This document shows positions 61,906 to 64,000 of a stretch of DNA of 64,000 nt, one piece after another. The number at the start of each line of letters is the position of its first letter. Positions within the stretch are counted from its first letter, which is position 1. Source of the DNA: Desulfomonilia bacterium (GTDB taxonomy: Bacteria; Desulfobacterota; Desulfomonilia; UBA1062); the NCBI GenBank assembly GCA_963664325.2, contig CAXXDQ010000007.1:736001-800000 (forward strand), written 5' to 3'. A model generated the notes under the pieces. That model saw only the letters and a program-made list of their open reading frames with translations, was not told where the DNA came from and searched no databases. The translations under genes were made by a program, and so were the position numbers.

Positions 61906-63812
61906 CTGATAAAATCAAGCCCGAGCTTATCGAGTGTCTTTCTTGTCGGGACGCCGTTTTCATCCCATCCGCGAAGCCTGTAATACTTGGGCAGCATGTC
62001 ATCAACCCTCACAACCGATTCGGGCTTCTCGGAGATCTGCGGATCGCTTGTAAAACGTTTAGCCAGGGTATCGTCCTTCTTTGAAAACCCTTCACGGATA
62101 TTGAACATACGCTCCAGGTTATATCCCCGCGCCCCGACCTCCAAAAACTTGCCGAAGCTCATATCCATGCCTGTCGCCAGCTTGATCGCCTTCGTATGAG
62201 GCAGCATGGGCAGGTGTATCTTCATGAGTCCCGGGGGCAGCATCAGCGTTGCATCTATACTGGGCCAAGCATAAGTAAGTATCTTTGAAACGACCTTGGA
62301 GAGTGTCTTGTACCGGGGGACTTTGAATGCAATCGGAGGTACGAAGGTCCATGAAGTGAACAGACACTGGCCTCCTGAGCTGATCGCAGCCATCAGGTTC
62401 TGGTCCAGCACGACCCATCCGGGTTTTGACCTCCAGTGGTACTGGTCCAGGAGTACCGGGCCGGTTACCTCGAAATAAATCACGTATCCGCCGTCAAGGT
62501 GGCACCCGCCTCTGCTGGCCGTTGCATAGCCGAGCCCGTGTCCGACACTTCCACGGGGCTCGTAGGCAGCCATTTCCAGGCCTTTTGCATGGGGAGCAAA
62601 GTCCTTGCCGCCATACTTTTCACTGAGCCATTTAACACCTTCCGCAAGGTCATTACCGGCCCCGCGCCGGTATGCGATGTCATCAAGCACCTGTGAAATA
62701 TTGTCGGTCCTGCCAAATTCAACGCCGCTGTCCCACATGCCCTTTTCATTGAGCTCTGCCGCGAACCCCATGACAGTCCCGACACTTATGGAGTCAATTC
62801 CCAGCAGATCTAGCTCATAGTTCCAGCGGATGATTGCATCCATGTCATCGATAAGCATGTTCGAGCCGAGCAGGCACAGGATTTCATATTCGGGACCTTT
62901 CACTTCGTGGCCGTCAAGTTCGACAACCCTGCCGCACCTGATGGGGCAGGTCACGCAGCCGTAATTTTTAACAAGTTTCTCCTCTGCAAGCCTTTTCCCG
63001 CCGATCTTTTCGGCATGCTCATAAGTACCTTTCAAGAAATTTTTGGTAGGCAGGGCATTGCCCGCGGAAAGGGTCGTAAGGAAAGTGGCCGTTCCATACC
63101 TCGGAGCCATATCGCCGGTTGCTGGATGCGCCTGAAGCATGGCCACCCATTTCCTATACACCGCCTTCAGCTTTTCGGGTTCGGCGATCTCAAGCTTTTT
63201 TGTACCTTTTGCGACAAGCCCCTTGAGGTTTTTCGAACCCATCACCGCGCCCATTCCGCATCTGCCGTGGCTGCGTTCCTGCGATACCGCCGTTGCATAT
63301 TTCACCATGTTTTCACCCGCCGGGCCGATAACGACCTTTCCGCCCCCCTTACCCAGCAGCGCCTGCGCTTCCTGTGTGTTCTTTCCCCATAAGTGGGCGG
63401 CATCCTTTATTTCGACCTTCTCGTTATCTATATCGATATAGACGGGCTTTTCGGCTTTGCCTCTTATGATAATCGCATCCCAGCCCGCGCGCTTCATATG
63501 CAGTCCGAAGTGTCCTCCGGAATTGGAGTGCCCTATCGCCCCGGTAAGCGGGCTCTTGGCAGATATATCATACCTGCTCGACGATGGTGCTCCCGTTCCG
63601 GTGAGCGGGCCTGTCATTATGACAATGACGTTCTCTGGGGACAGGGGGTCAATTCCGGGCTTCAGTTCATCCCAGAGTATCTTCGTGGAGAGATACCTGC
63701 TCCCAAGGAAAAGTTCCCGGTCTTTATCGGATATGTCGTATTCACCGATTTTCCCTGATGTAAGATCAATGTCTAATGCCCTGCCTGTATATGCCTTGAA
63801 CCTGCTTGCCAT
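61902..63812 (-). CDS. Aldehyde:ferredoxin oxidoreductase family (tungstopterin) enzyme
   Basis: GPLTGT, KSPLTG, IGPAGE, GR.GMGAVMGSKNLK, CVTCPIRC, GPEYE and YYRLRGWD..GVP; GGAGG RBS. Confidence 0.95.
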   Translation of the reverse strand: MASRFKAYTGRALDIDLTSGKIGEYDISDKDRELFLGSRYLSTKILWDELKPGIDPLSPENVIVIMTGPLTGTGAPSSSRYDISAKSPLTGAIGHSNSGGHFGLHMKRAGWDAIIIRGKAEKPVYIDIDNEKVEIKDAAHLWGKNTQEAQALLGKGGGKVVIGPAGENMVKYATAVSQERSHGRCGMGAVMGSKNLKGLVAKGTKKLEIAEPEKLKAVYRKWVAMLQAHPATGDMAPRYGTATFLTTLSAGNALPTKNFLKGTYEHAEKIGGKRLAEEKLVKNYGCVTCPIRCGRVVELDGHEVKGPEYEILCLLGSNMLIDDMDAIIRWNYELDLLGIDSISVGTVMGFAAELNEKGMWDSGVEFGRTDNISQVLDDIAYRRGAGNDLAEGVKWLSEKYGGKDFAPHAKGLEMAAYEPRGSVGHGLGYATASRGGCHLDGGYVIYFEVTGPVLLDQYHWRSKPGWVVLDQNLMAAISSGGQCLFTSWTFVPPIAFKVPRYKTLSKVVSKILTYAWPSIDATLMLPPGLMKIHLPMLPHTKAIKLATGMDMSFGKFLEVGARGYNLERMFNIREGFSKKDDTLAKRFTSDPQISEKPESVVRVDDMLPKYYRLRGWDENGVPTRKTLDKLGLDFIR

Positions 63813-64000
63813 GAACAACCTCCAGTCAAGTATAAACCGGGATTATAGGTTAATTTATAAACTCAGTAAAGAACAGTTATCAGAGCTGCATTCAGGATGA
63901 AATCCTGTACCTGGTCATTAAATCCGAGCCTCGCTTTTCGAGTCTAAATTCGCGCCGGCACTACTTGTTTTTATCTCTTGCCAGCGACGCGAACACGCCT

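Noticed and set aside
1-64000. rRNA, CRISPR array, prophage, integrase or transposase, selenocysteine read-through
   Set aside because: None seen; nearly all of the sequence is explained by intact housekeeping-type genes, and nothing appears integrated at the tRNAs.

Overview
A 64-kb core-genome segment from an anaerobic Gram-negative bacterium. Gene order and protein style suggest Desulfobacterota (former Deltaproteobacteria); this is an inference. In order, the window holds: the minus-strand tRNA(Thr,Tyr,Gly,Thr)-tuf-rpmG-tRNA(Trp)-secE-nusG-rplKAJL-rpoBC-rpsL-rpsG-fusA cluster (fusA runs off the left edge); thiolase plus hbd; a complete MoxR/DUF58/BatA-E operon; lepB; an aroC-aroKB-TPR-aroQ-pepP-efp-accB-lipoate ligase run; a type II secretion block gspF-N headed by a parvulin PPIase (no gspC/D/E in the window); several metabolic and regulatory genes; a frameshifted AI-2E gene; a LolA-like/ABC/beta-barrel cassette; a hybrid histidine kinase; and an aldehyde:ferredoxin oxidoreductase. 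I saw no rRNA, CRISPR array, prophage or transposase. Three signals are least expected. (1) Short palindromic elements share a terminal arm GTTCYGTTTTGSATTCAAG; one is an exact 42-codon in-frame insert in the cleavable prepilin leader of gspJ, and removing it restores MQINRKG/FTLVEL. (2) RNA polymerase beta-prime carries an extra, probably helical segment of about 78 aa just before PSWMIL. (3) tuf has a strong G-ending/ATA codon signature unlike rplL in the same cluster. All calls come from reading motifs by eye; no database searches were run.
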